This document shows positions 34,200 to 53,958 of a stretch of 64,000 nt of DNA, piece by piece. The DNA lies in contig OZ037768.1 of the NCBI GenBank assembly GCA_964035545.1, positions 17,343,875-17,407,874 of the forward strand, in the 5' to 3' direction. Origin of the DNA: Bugula neritina. Taxonomy: Eukaryota > Animalia > Bryozoa. Below the pieces are notes generated by a model. It saw nothing but the letters and a program-made list of their open reading frames with translations, searched no databases and was not told where the DNA came from. Made by a program: the position numbers and the translations under genes. The first letter of the stretch is position 1; each line of letters starts with the position of its first letter.

Positions 34200-35100
34200 T
34201 ATTTCACTCTTCACTCAATATCACTATGATTATTAGTATTAATCTTACTATTGTCTATTGCTATTAGACTTAGTACTACTACTACTATTACTACTACCAC
34301 TAGTATTTACTAGTATTACTACAAGTACAAGTATAACATTATAAAAATTTAAGAAAATGCAAAATTTGTGTTTTCGACTTCAACTTGAAGGGACGGGTCA
34401 GTTTTTCTCAACTTTGGATCCAGACCAATTTTGATTTCTTAGCCGAACGTAGGAAACAGAGAAAATTAAATTTTTATGCTAGGGCAATAAAGCGGTATTG
34501 AGGTTCCTCAATTTAATACAATTGAATGACAATAACACCAGACATGGATCTAACCTATTTATTCCACAAATCAAAACTAATGCCTATATTATTATTATCA
34601 TCATTATTATTATCTATATTTACTCTTTTTGGCCACGAAAAACCCGCAAGATGTGAAATGAAATTTCGCAGTCTTGAGTTTTCAACATATTTACCTTCCA
34701 TAAAAGGTTTCAGTGGGAAAAATTGATTTAATTAGTAATAGTATTGCTGTTAGAAAAACCAACGGTAACTGTAAATGTAACTGTGACAGTTGAGTTTCAT
34801 CCTGATCTTGATCAACCCAAACCGATATGAATACCTATAAGTGAAAATCAGTATGAAAATCTAATTCTAACTCAGAGTTAGTAGCACTAAGTCTAACGTC
34901 CAACAATAACTGCTGCTACTGTTACTGTTAGAGTTTCAGGTTTAAATTGAAAATCGAAATAAATTTTACAAACTAGTAATTCACTAAATTACTAACAGTA
35001 ACTAGTAACTACTAGTACTAGTAATACTATAGTAATATTACTATTAGTATCAGTATGACTATTACTAATACTAATAGTATTACTATAGTATTAGTATTAC
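34200..35100. repeat. 5+1 periodic field, DNAJC12 side of the divergent promoter
   Basis: Contains tgtta-c-tgtta-g, tagta-c-tagta and taata-c-taata-g type units, plus agtat-c-agtat-g (~35046-35057). Confidence 0.75.
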
Positions 35101-36925
35101 ACAAACAGAATATATCGTCCACTAAAAAGAGGGAACTCAAAGCCTTTCTTCAAACTGCTTAAAGCAGACAAAAACAAAAGACAAGAGCTATTGGTACTGA
35201 AGGACGATCAAAATATAGTGACGGGAGATCCTGTCCAATGCGCTGAGTTGTTGAACACTTTTTTCCAGAGTCAGTTCCAGCTGGGCTTTATGGCAGAAGA
35301 CTTCTCAAGGATCGAAACCGATGCCCAAGATTCTAGTGATGTTACACCAGAAGGGGTTGCCAAACTTATCCAAAATTTGCCAAATGGAAAATCGCCAGGA
35401 CCTGATGGAATTCGAAAGCCTGACATGCTCATAGACTTGGAGGGTACTGCAAGATGTCTCGCTCTGATCTACAAAAGTTCCTTAGACACAGGTAAACTGC
35501 CAAAACAGTGGAAACTTGCAAATGTCACACCAATACATAAAGGCGGGGACAGTGAATCTCCAAACAACTTTAGGCCCGTATCCCTGACAAGTATTCCCTG
35601 TAAAATGATGGAGCACATCGTGCTTCATCACCTCAATGAAAAGCTTGACAGTGTGCTTCACCATCGACAGCATGGTTTTAGGAAAGGACTGTCCTGCCAA
35701 ACTCAACTGTGTGTTACCTACCATGACCTAGTAAAAGCAGCCAATGAAGGACATACTACCCATGCAGTAGTTATGGATTTCAAAAAGGCTTTTGACAAGG
35801 TACCTCACCTTATGTTGCTCCAAAAATTACAAGAGATACCGGGTATAAATGGATACCTCCTTAACTGGATACTCGATTTTCTTTCCGACCGACAGCAGTC
35901 TGTTGTACTTAGAGGGGCAAGCTCTCAAAATTGCCGAGTAACCTCAGGAGTGCCGCAGGGATCTGTGCTAGGCCCAATTCTGTTTTTGTGTTTTATAAAT
36001 GATCTTCCTGATTTGTTGTCATGTAAAGTCAGCCTCTATGCTGATGACACTCTACTTTACCAAACTGTGAACACCACTAAGGATGTAGAACTATTCCAAA
36101 CTAACATTAACGCTGTATGAGTGGTCTCTAAAATGGAAAATGCCCTTCAATGAACAGAAATGCCAAGCAATTAATTTTGGTAAGGTAACCCCTATATCAC
36201 ACTACAAACTCGGTACCACATGCCTTGCGTGGGTACAAAGCACTAAATACCTTGGGGTAACCATCCAGTCAAACCTAAATTTTGATCAACACATAAATAA
36301 CAAGTGTACCAAGTCCCGGAAAATTCTTGGCGGCATCAAGCACTTGATGTATGATGCCCCAAAAGATGCTAAGCTATTGGCTTATAAAAGTCTATGTAGG
36401 CCTATACTCGATTATGCGGATGTGGTTTGGGATCCTGCGGCTAGGAGTAAAGTGCATGATATAGAGCTGGTCCAGAACAGTGCCATACGATTTATAAGCA
36501 ATATGAAGGGACGTGCTGACAGTGTTTCTGAGGCGAGGGATGAGTTAGGACTCCGGTCGCTGGAAGACAGACGAAAAAATCATCGACTGTGTTTGCTGAC
36601 CCGAATTCTTTAAAATGAGGATCAACACCAATCTCTATCCAGAGCCTATGACGAAATAATTGAAGGCAGGGAACTTGTAACTGTAACCACTCGAGCGGCT
36701 GCCAGAGGAGAGTTTATCTCTATATCATCTAGGAAAAACTTATTCCACACTAGTTTTCTACCACGAACAATTCGTGAAATGCGCGGAGAATATAATAACT
36801 AATTACAAAACAGCAAATGCTGTAACTAGTGCTAACCCTGGTCCACTGTAAGTTTTCACTAGAGGCTTCCCTATAGACTTTCCAGTTGCTGCGGAAGTCC
36901 TACCTCAACTGAGGTAATAAACTGA
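35101..36925 (+). mobile_element. 5'-truncated LINE (RT only), same broad clade as the 10.6-13.7 kb element
   Basis: ORF 35191-36120 has KSPGPDG, NFRPVSLTS, QHGFRKG, DFKKAFD, SGVPQGSVLGP and LYADD. A frameshift at ~36115 continues into 36140-36613 (KYLG, YKSLCRPILDY). After a nonsense codon at 36611 the frame resumes to SFLPRTIREMR. The 3' end carries an actgaggtaat duplication. Confidence 0.93.
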
Positions 36926-38520
36926 GGTAATTACAGTATTAGATTTAGTATTACTATTACTATTAGTACTAGTAGTATTTATTAGTCTTAGTGAAATATT
37001 ACTAGTAGTAACTAACTACATTTAATTTTAAAAATTATAGTTTGAATTTCAGTTTTCACTTTCAGGCTTTACTTTTATTTTTAGCCTTTTAAATTTAGGC
37101 ATGAGTTTCAAGTTGAAGTTTCATATCTTTTTAGTTTTTTATTTTATCAACTTTCGATGAACTAGAATATAATATTAATTATAATATAATAATAATGATA
37201 ATCACTTTTATTGAAAATCAAAACATTGATTTTCAATGAACAATGAATTTAAAAAATGATAGAACTATTAGTATTTTAAGAACACAAAGATGACTATAAC
37301 TATAAGTATATCAGTTTCAGTTTGAGTATGAGTATCAGTTTGAGTATGGAATACGAATAACATCAGCGCGGTTTTAGTAATCCGCGTGACGCAAAGGGTT
37401 AAAGGGCATATAATATTATAATAATATTAGATGTTAGAAGCCGTGGGCCAGTTGAATGTGATCCTATTGAGACCCGCTATGGTCGTAATATTTGGAAGCT
37501 ACGCGTCTTCCGAACAGTTGAAGATGGGTCAAAATGTCTAGAGCCGTAGTGTCTTAGTTATCGCAGTTGCATCTCTTGTTTCAGTTATTTCGATGTCACA
37601 TAGTGATAATCACAATCATATTGAATTTGATACTCGATAGTCATGCTGATACTCATAGTCATGGTGATCAATTTTGGTTAATAATACTTTTAATAAAAGT
37701 ATAATCACAATGCGAAGTGATCATAGTTTTAATTGCGGCAAATGAGAGTGGTGATCTATTTATCTGTGGCTTTATAATAATAATTATTAATTTATTCACT
37801 TTTAGTTTTAGTTTTACTTTTAGTTTTACTTTTACTAAATTAATTTACCTTTATCCCACTTTTCTTGACGTGAAAGAGTGGGCTAAGGGAGAAAGCCAGT
37901 GGTTTATTTAACCCCAATAATGTAGCATGCAAAGCCAAATGTATCACTATCTTATGAGTATCTATAATTTATAATTATATATTTTTATTAAAATACTTGG
38001 TACTGACTACTGAGAGTGAGACAATTTGAATTTCTATTTTCACTTGGTTTGATTAAGATTGCATTTCAATTTGAATTTGCCTTTGTCTTTGCAGTTTCAG
38101 TTTGTTATACACGGGGAGGGGTGCTCACACTTTGTTTGATGATTTAATTTAAACTGCGAAACTTGCTCAAAAGTCATACCCGGACCGTAGTCTGTAGTCA
38201 GTAGACCGTAGTGAGTTTTAGTTTTTTGATAGTAATGTTGATTGCCATGGTGATGGGTACGTTATTTCACCTATTGTTGATGTTTAGTCTAATTTTAAAG
38301 CATCAGACTAATGGTGATCATTATCATTATGATTATATTTGATAATTTGATAATGATCTTGATTATTATTATGGTAAAGGTAAAATACAATCTGACTTTG
38401 AGTTAGTCAATGACAATCACAGTATGAATGTGAGTGCGTGGACTTGGAGATGGTGATGCACTTGCTTTCATATCCACAATGACAATCACCAACTGAGTTT
38501 ATATAAGTATAAAAACTAAA
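36926..38520. repeat. 5+1 periodic field, COPS6 side of the divergent promoter
   Basis: agttt-c-agttt-g-agtat-g-agtat-c-agttt-g-agtat-g (37313-37348) and tttta-g-tttta-g-tttta-c-tttta-g-tttta-c-tttta-c (37800-37835). Confidence 0.85.
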
Positions 38521-38691
38521 AGTGGTAGCCGTTGGGTACTGATATCACTTTAGATCCACAACTTCTGGCTCTAACTAAGTAAATTCAGAAAATGTCAAAT
38601 TAGTTTCTCTATCTTTAATCTTTTCCTTAGCATCTAGTTTTCTAATATAGGCTTTAGGATTAACTAACACCGAATTGATAAAGCTCGGATA

Positions 38692-41600
38692 ATGGCTGGT
38701 AGCAGTAGCGTTGCCAGTACTAGTATCATGGACATTGATGGCTACAAAAAGTCAGTGTTAGCTCCACCTGGAACTGTCCCCTCTGTACATGTCAATGCTC
38801 ATCCTTTAGTTTTATTGAATATATCTGAGCATTGGACTAGAACAAGGGCACAAAATGGAAGGCCGCAAGCAGGTAAGTCTTACATAATGTTCCGCGAAAA
38901 GTTAGTGTATACCTATGATTGGTATTTAAAATGTTTTGGACACTATTTTAATATGTAAGACACCTCAATCCTATTTAGTTCAAATTGAATAATGTTTAAA
39001 ATGATAGCTTGAGTTCTGAAATTTGACATGACCGAAATGTTGGAAAGTATTTTAATAGTTTTAATTCAATTTATTAGTTATAGCATAAGATATTTCAAGC
39101 TGAATACAAACTTTTTATGCTGTACCTATTTTCATTATTAAAAAATGATTTTGTTGTCATTTAATGTATAAATAAGCCTGATTTATTTATTAAACTAATA
39201 GTCCTTGACACAGGAAGCGTATTTTATCACAATATAAAGTTTCTAAAACTAAGAAAGGTTTTTTTGAAAAGCATTCAGATGGGTTAAATAACAAAACATG
39301 ACTACTACACTCAACCATTAATAAAATTGATTTTGTAAAAGGTCCATAAAGTTCCCAGTCGATAACTTGACCCATGAAACTAAGCAGTCAACATATAATT
39401 TCAAGAATGCGTCTGTTTTTGTGGTTTCAACAACAACCTCTGGTCACAGATAAGACCAGTTTCAGAGACTCAGACTCTAATATTTTATTCTAGTGCCATA
39501 GGCACCACCTGTGTCAGCCATAAATATACCAATGTGCTGTGATTGGAAACTGAGAGCTTCTCAATTTTTACCAAGTATAATATATGTTTATATGCAAAAT
39601 TTCTAATTATTTCTTTAGTGTTTGGAGCTGTAATTGGTAAGCAGACAGGACGGCTGGTTGAGTTATTGAATTCATATGAGTTAGTCACATGTGAGGTTGG
39701 GGGCTCAGTGATCATCGATGATGCCTATTATCAGATGAAGTCTGAACAATGTAAGTACTTAAAAATGTAATGGTAGAAGCAAGTAGAAGTACTCAGTTAA
39801 TGAATAGGCCATTGCTAAACGCAAATTTTCTCCATTCCATATGTTGAATTCTGGACGCGTTATATGTTGGTCTAAAATTTCTCAGTTGTTGCTGTAATCT
39901 GAACAGCTTGTTACATGATTGTTGGTATATTTTATTTTATATTGTATTTATTATTAATTGTAGTTAAGCAAGTTTTCCCCGACTTCGATATGCTGGGTTG
40001 GTATTCAACCGGAGAAGATCCTACAGATGCGGATATAAAAGTAACTTTTCTGAGTTTTTCCGACTATTCTTTTTTCACTTTATTTCCAGATTATTTTTTT
40101 TTGTAATTTTTTTGTAGCTGTGAGCACCATTTAACTTCTGGTTTACCCGCCGGCCTAACAATTTCAAACTGGTTATTTCTGATTAATTGATTAAATAGAA
40201 TATATTGAAACCAATAAAGTTATCTCGTGTCACAATCATACCTTAAATTTAACATTTTTTTATATATAGCATGCAATATTTTTTGTGGTGGCCTATATGC
40301 TAATTGTTTCTTATTGTACTATTCTATTAAAATGATTTTCTAGTATTGATTAGCATGTCCTTCGTTTTTCGTGTTGTTTATTTTAGATCCACAAACAAAT
40401 ATGTCAATTTAATGAAAGTCCGATACTGTTTAGAATGGATCCACTGTTGAGAAAATCAGAGACCGTGCCAATCAAGTGCTATGAGTCAGTGATTGACATT
40501 ATAGAGGGAGAGGCAGTCATGTTATTTGTAGAGTTAAACTACTCTTTAGTTACTGAGGTAGTATTAGTACAGTCAAATTATTTAATTGACTTTAATTAGA
40601 AATTTTCAAACATGCCATGTAAATCTTGTAACTTGTGAGCGATAATTCTCAACACTCATCTAGAATTAGTGCATGTTTATGCAGTTAGTGACTATGAGAG
40701 AGCCTAATATTTTTGCCGTGATGTGTTGTACTAAAACAAGTGTGGTTATCAGGATGCCGAAAGGATTGGTGTTGATCATGTTGCCAGAATCTCCAATGTC
40801 GAGTCTTCTAGTGCCGAGGGGGAAGACTCCGTAGTCACACAGAATCTAACTGCACAGCATAGTGCTATAAAGATGCTAGCTAGCAGGTTAAACATTCTAA
40901 AGGCATACTTACAAGGTATTTATGAAAGTTTAATTGTTTTAATTGACTTGCCGGTGATTCCATTCATCTCAAATACCTACTAAAGTCTCTAGTTTTAAAA
41001 AATTTGACTGCATTTGATTAACTGTAGATTTTATATATAAGACTTTTGCAAATAATATTCAAATTTTCTATTATAACTAACTGCTCAAATTAAAAGTTAA
41101 GCTCTTATTCAGAGTAGTTTTATAATATACTTTCAATCATAAAAGTGATTTCTAGTAATTGGATTTATGTTTCAAAAGTTTTGTTTGGTAATGTAATTTG
41201 CATTTAGAGATGAGTTTAAAATTAAAAAAGTAGATCAGAATTAAATGTGACCCGCCATCACAAAACCAGGAACGTTGGTGAATTTATGAAAATTGATTTT
41301 ATTGTTTTAATGTATAGAAAAATTTCTTCTGAACAATTTGGTGTTGGTTTTATGCTTGTAGCTTAAATAGAACTCAAGTTATCATCTATTTTTGTTAAGC
41401 CCTTCTGAAATTTTCTGAAACCGCGATTCCGAGAAAATGGCTTTTGAAGCAAGCATTTAAGTTTTTCAGCTATAAATTTCAATTTATTTTTATTGAATCA
41501 ATTTTAAGCCAAACAATTATTAAAAGTTTTAAAAACTAATATTACATCAAACTTTATGTTACAATAACTGAAAAATAGTTTTAAAAAATAAATAACTAAT

Positions 41601-44020
41601 AATCTCTAAAGAGGCAACAACTCCGCAAAAACATCGGCCATAAGCCACCATCTTGAAAAAATAAATCTTCTTAGTTACCAAACTTCGATAGCAATTTTAG
41701 AGGTGAAGGAGATAACAAGGTACTGCAAAACCTACTTTTTTGGAATCCTTGCATTTTTTTGTACTAGAAAAGTTAGTTTTCTAAAATAAGCTTTTTAACT
41801 TTGAATTTGACAAAATGAAATTCATCATTCAATTACGGTCTTATACAAATGCCGCCAAGTTCCTGGTTTTGTCGTGGGGAGTCACAAATGGTCAGATCAA
41901 AATTTTCAAGTAAGCATGATTAGATTACAACTATGACTATCATTTATGTACATGTATACCATGATATACACTCCGATGTTTCATTTTGGGTAAAAATGAT
42001 TGTTACATCTTGATCACAATTTTGATTTTTATTTTACACAGGTTAGCTTTAAATGATGTGTTGAATGGTGATGTTAATAATTCTTTGTAAAAACTATGTA
42101 ATTATTTTTATTGTGAAACTACTAAAGGCTAATACTTTGATACCATATGAAGTGTTCCGTTTGTGAAATATGTTCAAGAAGTTTCCCAAGTTTATCTAAA
42201 ATTCTTTCAATTTCATCAAGTTATTTGTGTTAATTGCTGATGGTCTGTTTAGGTGAGAATTTGTAGTGTACAACTTTGAGCTTTTACTAATTTGTTGCTT
42301 TTATTTATTCTTTTTCTTTTGGAGAGCAGAGGTAGTTAAAGCAGTGCTACTGACATTTTAAAACAAAATTCACTTGAAAAACCTAATTCTTTTAATCCTA
42401 ACAAGTTTTTTTTAGGATTATTGGTGGAGTGATATTTTGGTTAGTTATTTAGAAAACAAAATATTTTTGTGGGTTCTCAGGGTTTTTTCTCAATAGTTGA
42501 CTTTGAAATAAGTAATTAATATTGTTGGAGTTGTGACCCATACAATCTGTGAAACTATAAAATCTGATGAAGCTTTGTATTATTTTACAGCTATATCAGA
42601 TGGTGAAGTGGAGCCAAATCATGCTATTCTCAGAGAGTGTAACAGTATATGTCATCGTCTTCCAATATTGAATACAAAATCATTTCAAGAGCAATTTTTC
42701 AATGTATGTGTTACTCTATATAGTATAATATATTACCATAGACCTACATTGATTTGCTTACTCCTTTATTTATTAACTTTGATTGTTTAGCACATTAGAA
42801 CTTTTAGTTTCTAAAAATAATATTTTGTAGAGCAATTCTCTTTTAAAATTTGCTCTGTGTATACAGTGACATGTTTATACACTGTACACCTGACCATTTT
42901 TATGAACTGTAGCCAGTAATGCTGTGTTATAGTAGCATCATTTTCATATTCTCACCTCAGTGGTGACCTTTAGCAGTTTTGATGCTTATTTATTCTGTTC
43001 AATGTAGTATTTTCTTATTGCAGCAATGCAATGATGTGGAACTTATGGCATATCTAGGAATAATTACACAGGGATGTCAAGTTATGAACCAAGTATGTAT
43101 TCTTTTTCAAAATTCTTTTAACCTTTTAGCATAAAAATACATGGATGGATTTTTAATACCACCTGTTTCGATTTTGTAATAAGATTTTGCTGGAAAATGA
43201 TAGCTCCAACACCTCAAAGTTTTTTGAAAACATTTTTGCACTTTTCTCTTCGATAAATTTATTATCTCAGGTTTCTGAATTTGCTTCATTGTAAAAAATT
43301 AATGAAACAGAAAGTTAATGAGATTGAATGGAACTTTGTTCGACTTTCAAAAAATTTAAATCTGTTTCAATTAAGCAGGGTTAATTTGTGGATTTGGGTA
43401 GTTTTTTCTTCAGTTTTATTGCTAAAATGTTTGTTTTGGCTAGAAACTACTTTTTTATAAGTTCAGTATTTTGTAGCGATAACTCGATAATTAGCAAATT
43501 TAATGTGCTGTTTTGATTTATGGACTTATTGACAAAAGAATTATAGGCGAAATATTATATTAGTCAATGAATTGACTGTTTTTTTATAAATCAGCTATCA
43601 GACATTTGAGCTGTTGTTGTATCTCTTGCAAAGAATTGTTACTTGAAAAAGGCAAAATAAAAATCTTTAGATATTAGTGAAGGCGACTGTTACAGAATTT
43701 AATTTAGAAGAATAAGTAGTAAATTTGTATGCTGCAAATTTACAACCCTCAATGTTTCAAAGGCACTTAGTTTGTGAGGCAACCTACAAATTGTGTTTTT
43801 GTTTTAAATATTTTGTTGTTAACATTCCGTCTTATCACACTAATATTGATTGTCAGTACCCTCGTTATTTGTTCTACTCCAAACTGTGAAATTAAGCTAT
43901 TGCTTGTTAATGCTTTATTAAAATGTTTTGTAGTTTGTGTCCAAGTTCAATGTGCTGTATGACAGAGTGGGACCTGGGGGAGGGCGCCGAGGCCGAAGTC
44001 TTGCTTTTGTTGGTCTCTAG
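38692..44020 (+). CDS. COPS6: COP9 signalosome subunit 6 (MPN- domain), ~8 coding exons
   Basis: HPLVLLNISEHWTR (exon 38692-38872), GAVIGKQTGRLVELLNSYEL (~39619-39750), KQVFPDFDMLGWYSTG (~39964-40040), AERIGVDHVAR (~40753), HAILRECNSICHRLP (~42591-42703), QCNDVELMAYLG (~43024-43092) and FVSKFNVLYDR...* (43934-44020). Confidence 0.95.
41247..41885. mobile_element. Non-autonomous TIR transposon with 4-bp AAAT TSD (Sola1-like) in COPS6 intron
   Basis: aaat|gtgacccgccatcacaaaaccaggaac ... gttcctggttttgtcgtggggagtcac|aaat. Confidence 0.78.
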
Positions 44021-45699
44021 GTTATGTCTACATGTAAATTGATACAAATTTATTGCAAAGTATGTTTCTGGTTGTTGTCAATATTTTCTAATTTATGTGG
44101 TTTCAGTTTTTAAGCATTTCGAAAATATTAGCAAACCAATAAATTTTGCGTTTTTCAGACTTCAGAGTAAAAATTCTTCTAAATAAGTCTCACCAGTCAC
44201 GAAATACTAGGAAAATAGATTTTATAAAAAATATGTCCAACTTTTCTGTTTATTGTAAATTTCTTAAATTCCTAAGCAATTTATATTTGTTGGTTACATT
44301 GATTATGTATGCTCTTGAAAGTTAATGTTTTCGGGCATATTATAAGTTTGTATTAATACAAAGTTATAGTTTTGTATAGTTGCATTGTTCTTGGTTTTTT
44401 AATAAATTATCACACTAATATTCTTATTGACTCAATTAATCCTTTTGCAGTGCAATGCTGTGTGCAAATAGGGATAAAAATTAATTTGCTATGTAATTAG
44501 TTTCTGTTTTGGCTTCAAATGCACAAGTTATCAGGATCAGTAAGCATTAAGAGTTTTCTGTGTACATCGCATTATACTATTATAAAAAGCAACAAACTCC
44601 AGTGCAAAATGTTAACAAATTGCAGAGTCACATCTAAAACTAGTTGTTGGTGCTTATATAACTAATTTTTTGTTGCCACACAGTTTCTTATCATTGTGTT
44701 GTGCATGTAATTGTATAATAGTCAAATAGTTTCAATGAAGCGTATGAAAAACTACTCATACTATGTCAGCCCTAGAACTCGCCCTGTTAAATTTTGCTAC
44801 AAGTTACCATGATGGGAGCTGAAATGTTGCACAACATTGAAATTTAGTTTGGTAATATTTTATCTGGGCATTTTTACTTTACTTTACTACTGTTGTCAAT
44901 TGCAAATAAGGCATATAATTTATTAGATCTCCAAACATATGAGCGTTAATAATTCAGGGTTTCAATCATCTTTAAGCATTTTCAAGCATATTATATGAAT
45001 GCAAATATTATATTTATAGGACTTGGAATTTTAAAAAATATGTAAGCTCATATACTGCAAATAGTATTTATAATTTCTAAATAAAAGCAGCTAGAGTCAT
45101 CATAAAATAAAATAACACGAGATATATTTTTAGCAGTCAATACTGAGTTTGCATGAAGTTTCTCTATTGAAATCTGCATGGACAGAAGAACTTCATGGTT
45201 ATTATAAGTGCTGGAATATATTATGTATAGCATTTATACTCCAATTTATACTCCAATAATATACACAATTAATATGTTTATGTTGTAGCCTGCATAGTAA
45301 ATGGTCCAGCCTTTAATCTGAATCTCTCATCTATTTAGTATGATTATAGAAACATAATTATTTTGCTATGTGTGTTAATATGAATGTAGTACCTTAAGGA
45401 AACTTGAATACGACCTTGAATAAGACCTTACGCTTAAAGTTTGTGAACGAGAGTTATCTTTTCCTGGAAAACCCCATGGTTTCCAATAGAAACTGTCACA
45501 TTGATTGCTTATGCTTCACGCAATCTACCGCCAGTCTAAATGCGACTTTACCAAATTTTACCAATGACTATAGTGTTCAACGTTATTGTATGGCCTCGCA
45601 CTAGCCCTGTATATGAGAATCACAATGACTTCATTCTTTTTTAAATATGTTTTCTTCACCATTTGATAAATTAGCATTCTAACTGATATTATAATAACA

Positions 45700-47080
45700 A
45701 AACAAATAGCGTTACTGATGGTGATTAAATTTAGTGATTTACAATACTCAATCATACTGATAATTATAATGATTATGATAATCTTTATCTTATACTTAAG
45801 TTATAATAATAATTATATCATTATGATTATCAATACTTCTATTTATACTTATAGTTATACTGATAGACCGTAAAACTAATAGACGATGGTGATAGTCAAA
45901 CTCAATGTCATAGTGATAGTATCACTATCAGTATCTGCATAACTATTACTATAACATTAACTGATACTCTTAGTCATACTGATAGTCAGTATGAGATGCT
46001 ATTGGTAATCTAAATCATAGTCATAGTGAAACTGATGCTTATAGTTAATATTAATCAGTTAATGTTATACTTATAGTTATAGTGGTAGTAATAGTCGTAC
46101 TGATGGCGATAGTGATACTCATACTCATAGTCATACCGATCCTGCAACTACAAGTACTAGTAGTCAAGTACAACTCGTAAGTCTATAGACTATAAGTATA
46201 AGTATTGGTATTACTATTACTATTACTAATAGTGTTAGTATTACTATTAGTATTACTATTACTAATAGTAATACTATTAGTATTACTACTAATACTAATA
46301 GTAATACTCAGTGAATGAGAATCAGAATGATTGTCATGTTATGATGCTCATAATCTATAAGTATATGGGTATTACTATTACTATTAGGTATTACTTATTT
46401 CCTATAAGTATAACTATAACTATAAGTAATACTAATAGTATATTAGCGCAGTCAGTATGTGTATGGATATTAAAATGATTCATCAAATTTAATATACTTA
46501 TTCATTTATTGTAAAACTAAAATAAATATGATACTCATACTCATAGTCACACTGTTAAAAATTAAATTAACAACAAAATTTAATAAAATTATTTAAATTA
46601 TTATTTTTTAATTTTATGTTATTAATATTCAATTATATTTACATTAAATTTGATAATCTAAATGAAAAAGTCTGGCATAGACTAACCTAAGGCTGCTACT
46701 CGAAGTGGAGAATCTAAATCACAACATAAATCATAAATGTAATAATAATCATAGTGAATTTCAATGTAGTACTAATAGTAAATTCACTTTATAGCAATAC
46801 TTATACTAAAGAATTGTACTGACAATGAACGTGAAGTCGACAGAACACGGCACCGCCAAGGTCCAAAGCCAATCCTGATACATGCCAATCTTGCACATAG
46901 TCTAAGGCTTATACTCATATTATTAGTTATACTGATCTTAAGTTACTGTGAGTATGACTAACAGTTATGACAAAACACAAACTGAAAATTAAATTCCAAA
47001 CTCCTAAAGGGAAAGTGAAGATCAGAATTATATCACCATCAGTCTCGCAATCAATCGTGACACTGACACCTTGATTTCAC
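45700..47080. repeat. 5+1 periodic field upstream of the zinc-finger gene
   Basis: ttata-c-ttata-g-ttata-c (45843-45860), tataa-g-tataa-c-tataa-c-tataa-g (46403-46426) and tatta-c-tatta-c runs at ~46209-46300. Confidence 0.85.
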
Positions 47081-47388
47081 TACACAAACTGCCCCCAGAC
47101 TCGCATAAAGCAACCTGTAATTTTATCTTTTTTTGCACTGATATATTATATGCTTAGTAAGTTGACAATACTATTTTAAAATGCTTTCTGGTGCGAATGC
47201 CTAAAATTTTAAGGCACATACTGACTAATATTAATCTCTAGTGGTCAAAGCTCTCAAAGTTCAACTGAGCCTAAACAAACTCATCAAAATTGATTTCTGT
47301 GATAGTATTTTTAGATGATACGGTAACTGCAGTAGTTCTTTTAAATTTGTTGTTTCTGCTGTACAAGTTTTATAAATTATTACAACAG

Positions 47389-53052
<5,664 letters not shown>

Positions 53053-53958
53053 TATGCATCTCTGTAGCAGAAGTAACTTCCATCATTGTTTCATATTTAT
53101 GTAATTTTAAATACAATGTCTTTAAATTGTATTATTTCTTTTTTTTCATGATTCTACATAATTTATTCTTTAAAAGTATTGGAATTATCAAATGAATTTC
53201 TTCTTCGACTTTCAAGAATTGTCTCCTTTTGCATGACTGCATCTAGCTTTGAATATGTGATTATAATAATATAAGACTCAAGCGCATATTTTTGGCTTTT
53301 TAAAATGTTACCATTTTACGATGAGATAATTGAGCAGATCTTTTTCTATTTTATTTATGGAATTATAAAAAAGGTAATTTATAGCATTTGGTATTTGTTG
53401 TCCCACTACCTGAACAGAACAGAGCTGAGATAGGCGAGGATCTGATATTTGTTGTACTGTTACCAGTGAGTTCTTCTTGATTTATATTTTCTCAAATGTG
53501 ATGAAATAACTTAAAACTGATATGTTTTGTTTTCACCAAATTTTTTGTTCACTCTCGTTGCTAACTCTTGCAAATTATGGTAATTGAAATATATCGTCAC
53601 AAATATCAAAGTTGAGAAGCTGCTTGTTTTTTGCAATAATTTTCTAATTATTTCATATTTTAGAGAAAAGTGTATAAATGATAACCACTTTGTAGTTTCA
53701 CAACTAAATCATAAAACAGTACCAGAGTCAAAGTAAATTCTTTGCCAATTTACCATGATTTACTAGTCTTTAAAATAACATACTAAGTTACATTAAAATT
53801 GTTTCATTAGCCCAAAAAACATTGTCACCATCATCAAGGATAATTTAGAAGCACAAAGTCTCAAATTTTTGAGCTGTGCTGAGGAAATATTTAACTTTGG
53901 TATATAACTGGTGACTAAAGATGTCAGCCATTGCCTGATCCATTCAGAAGTTGTCTTC

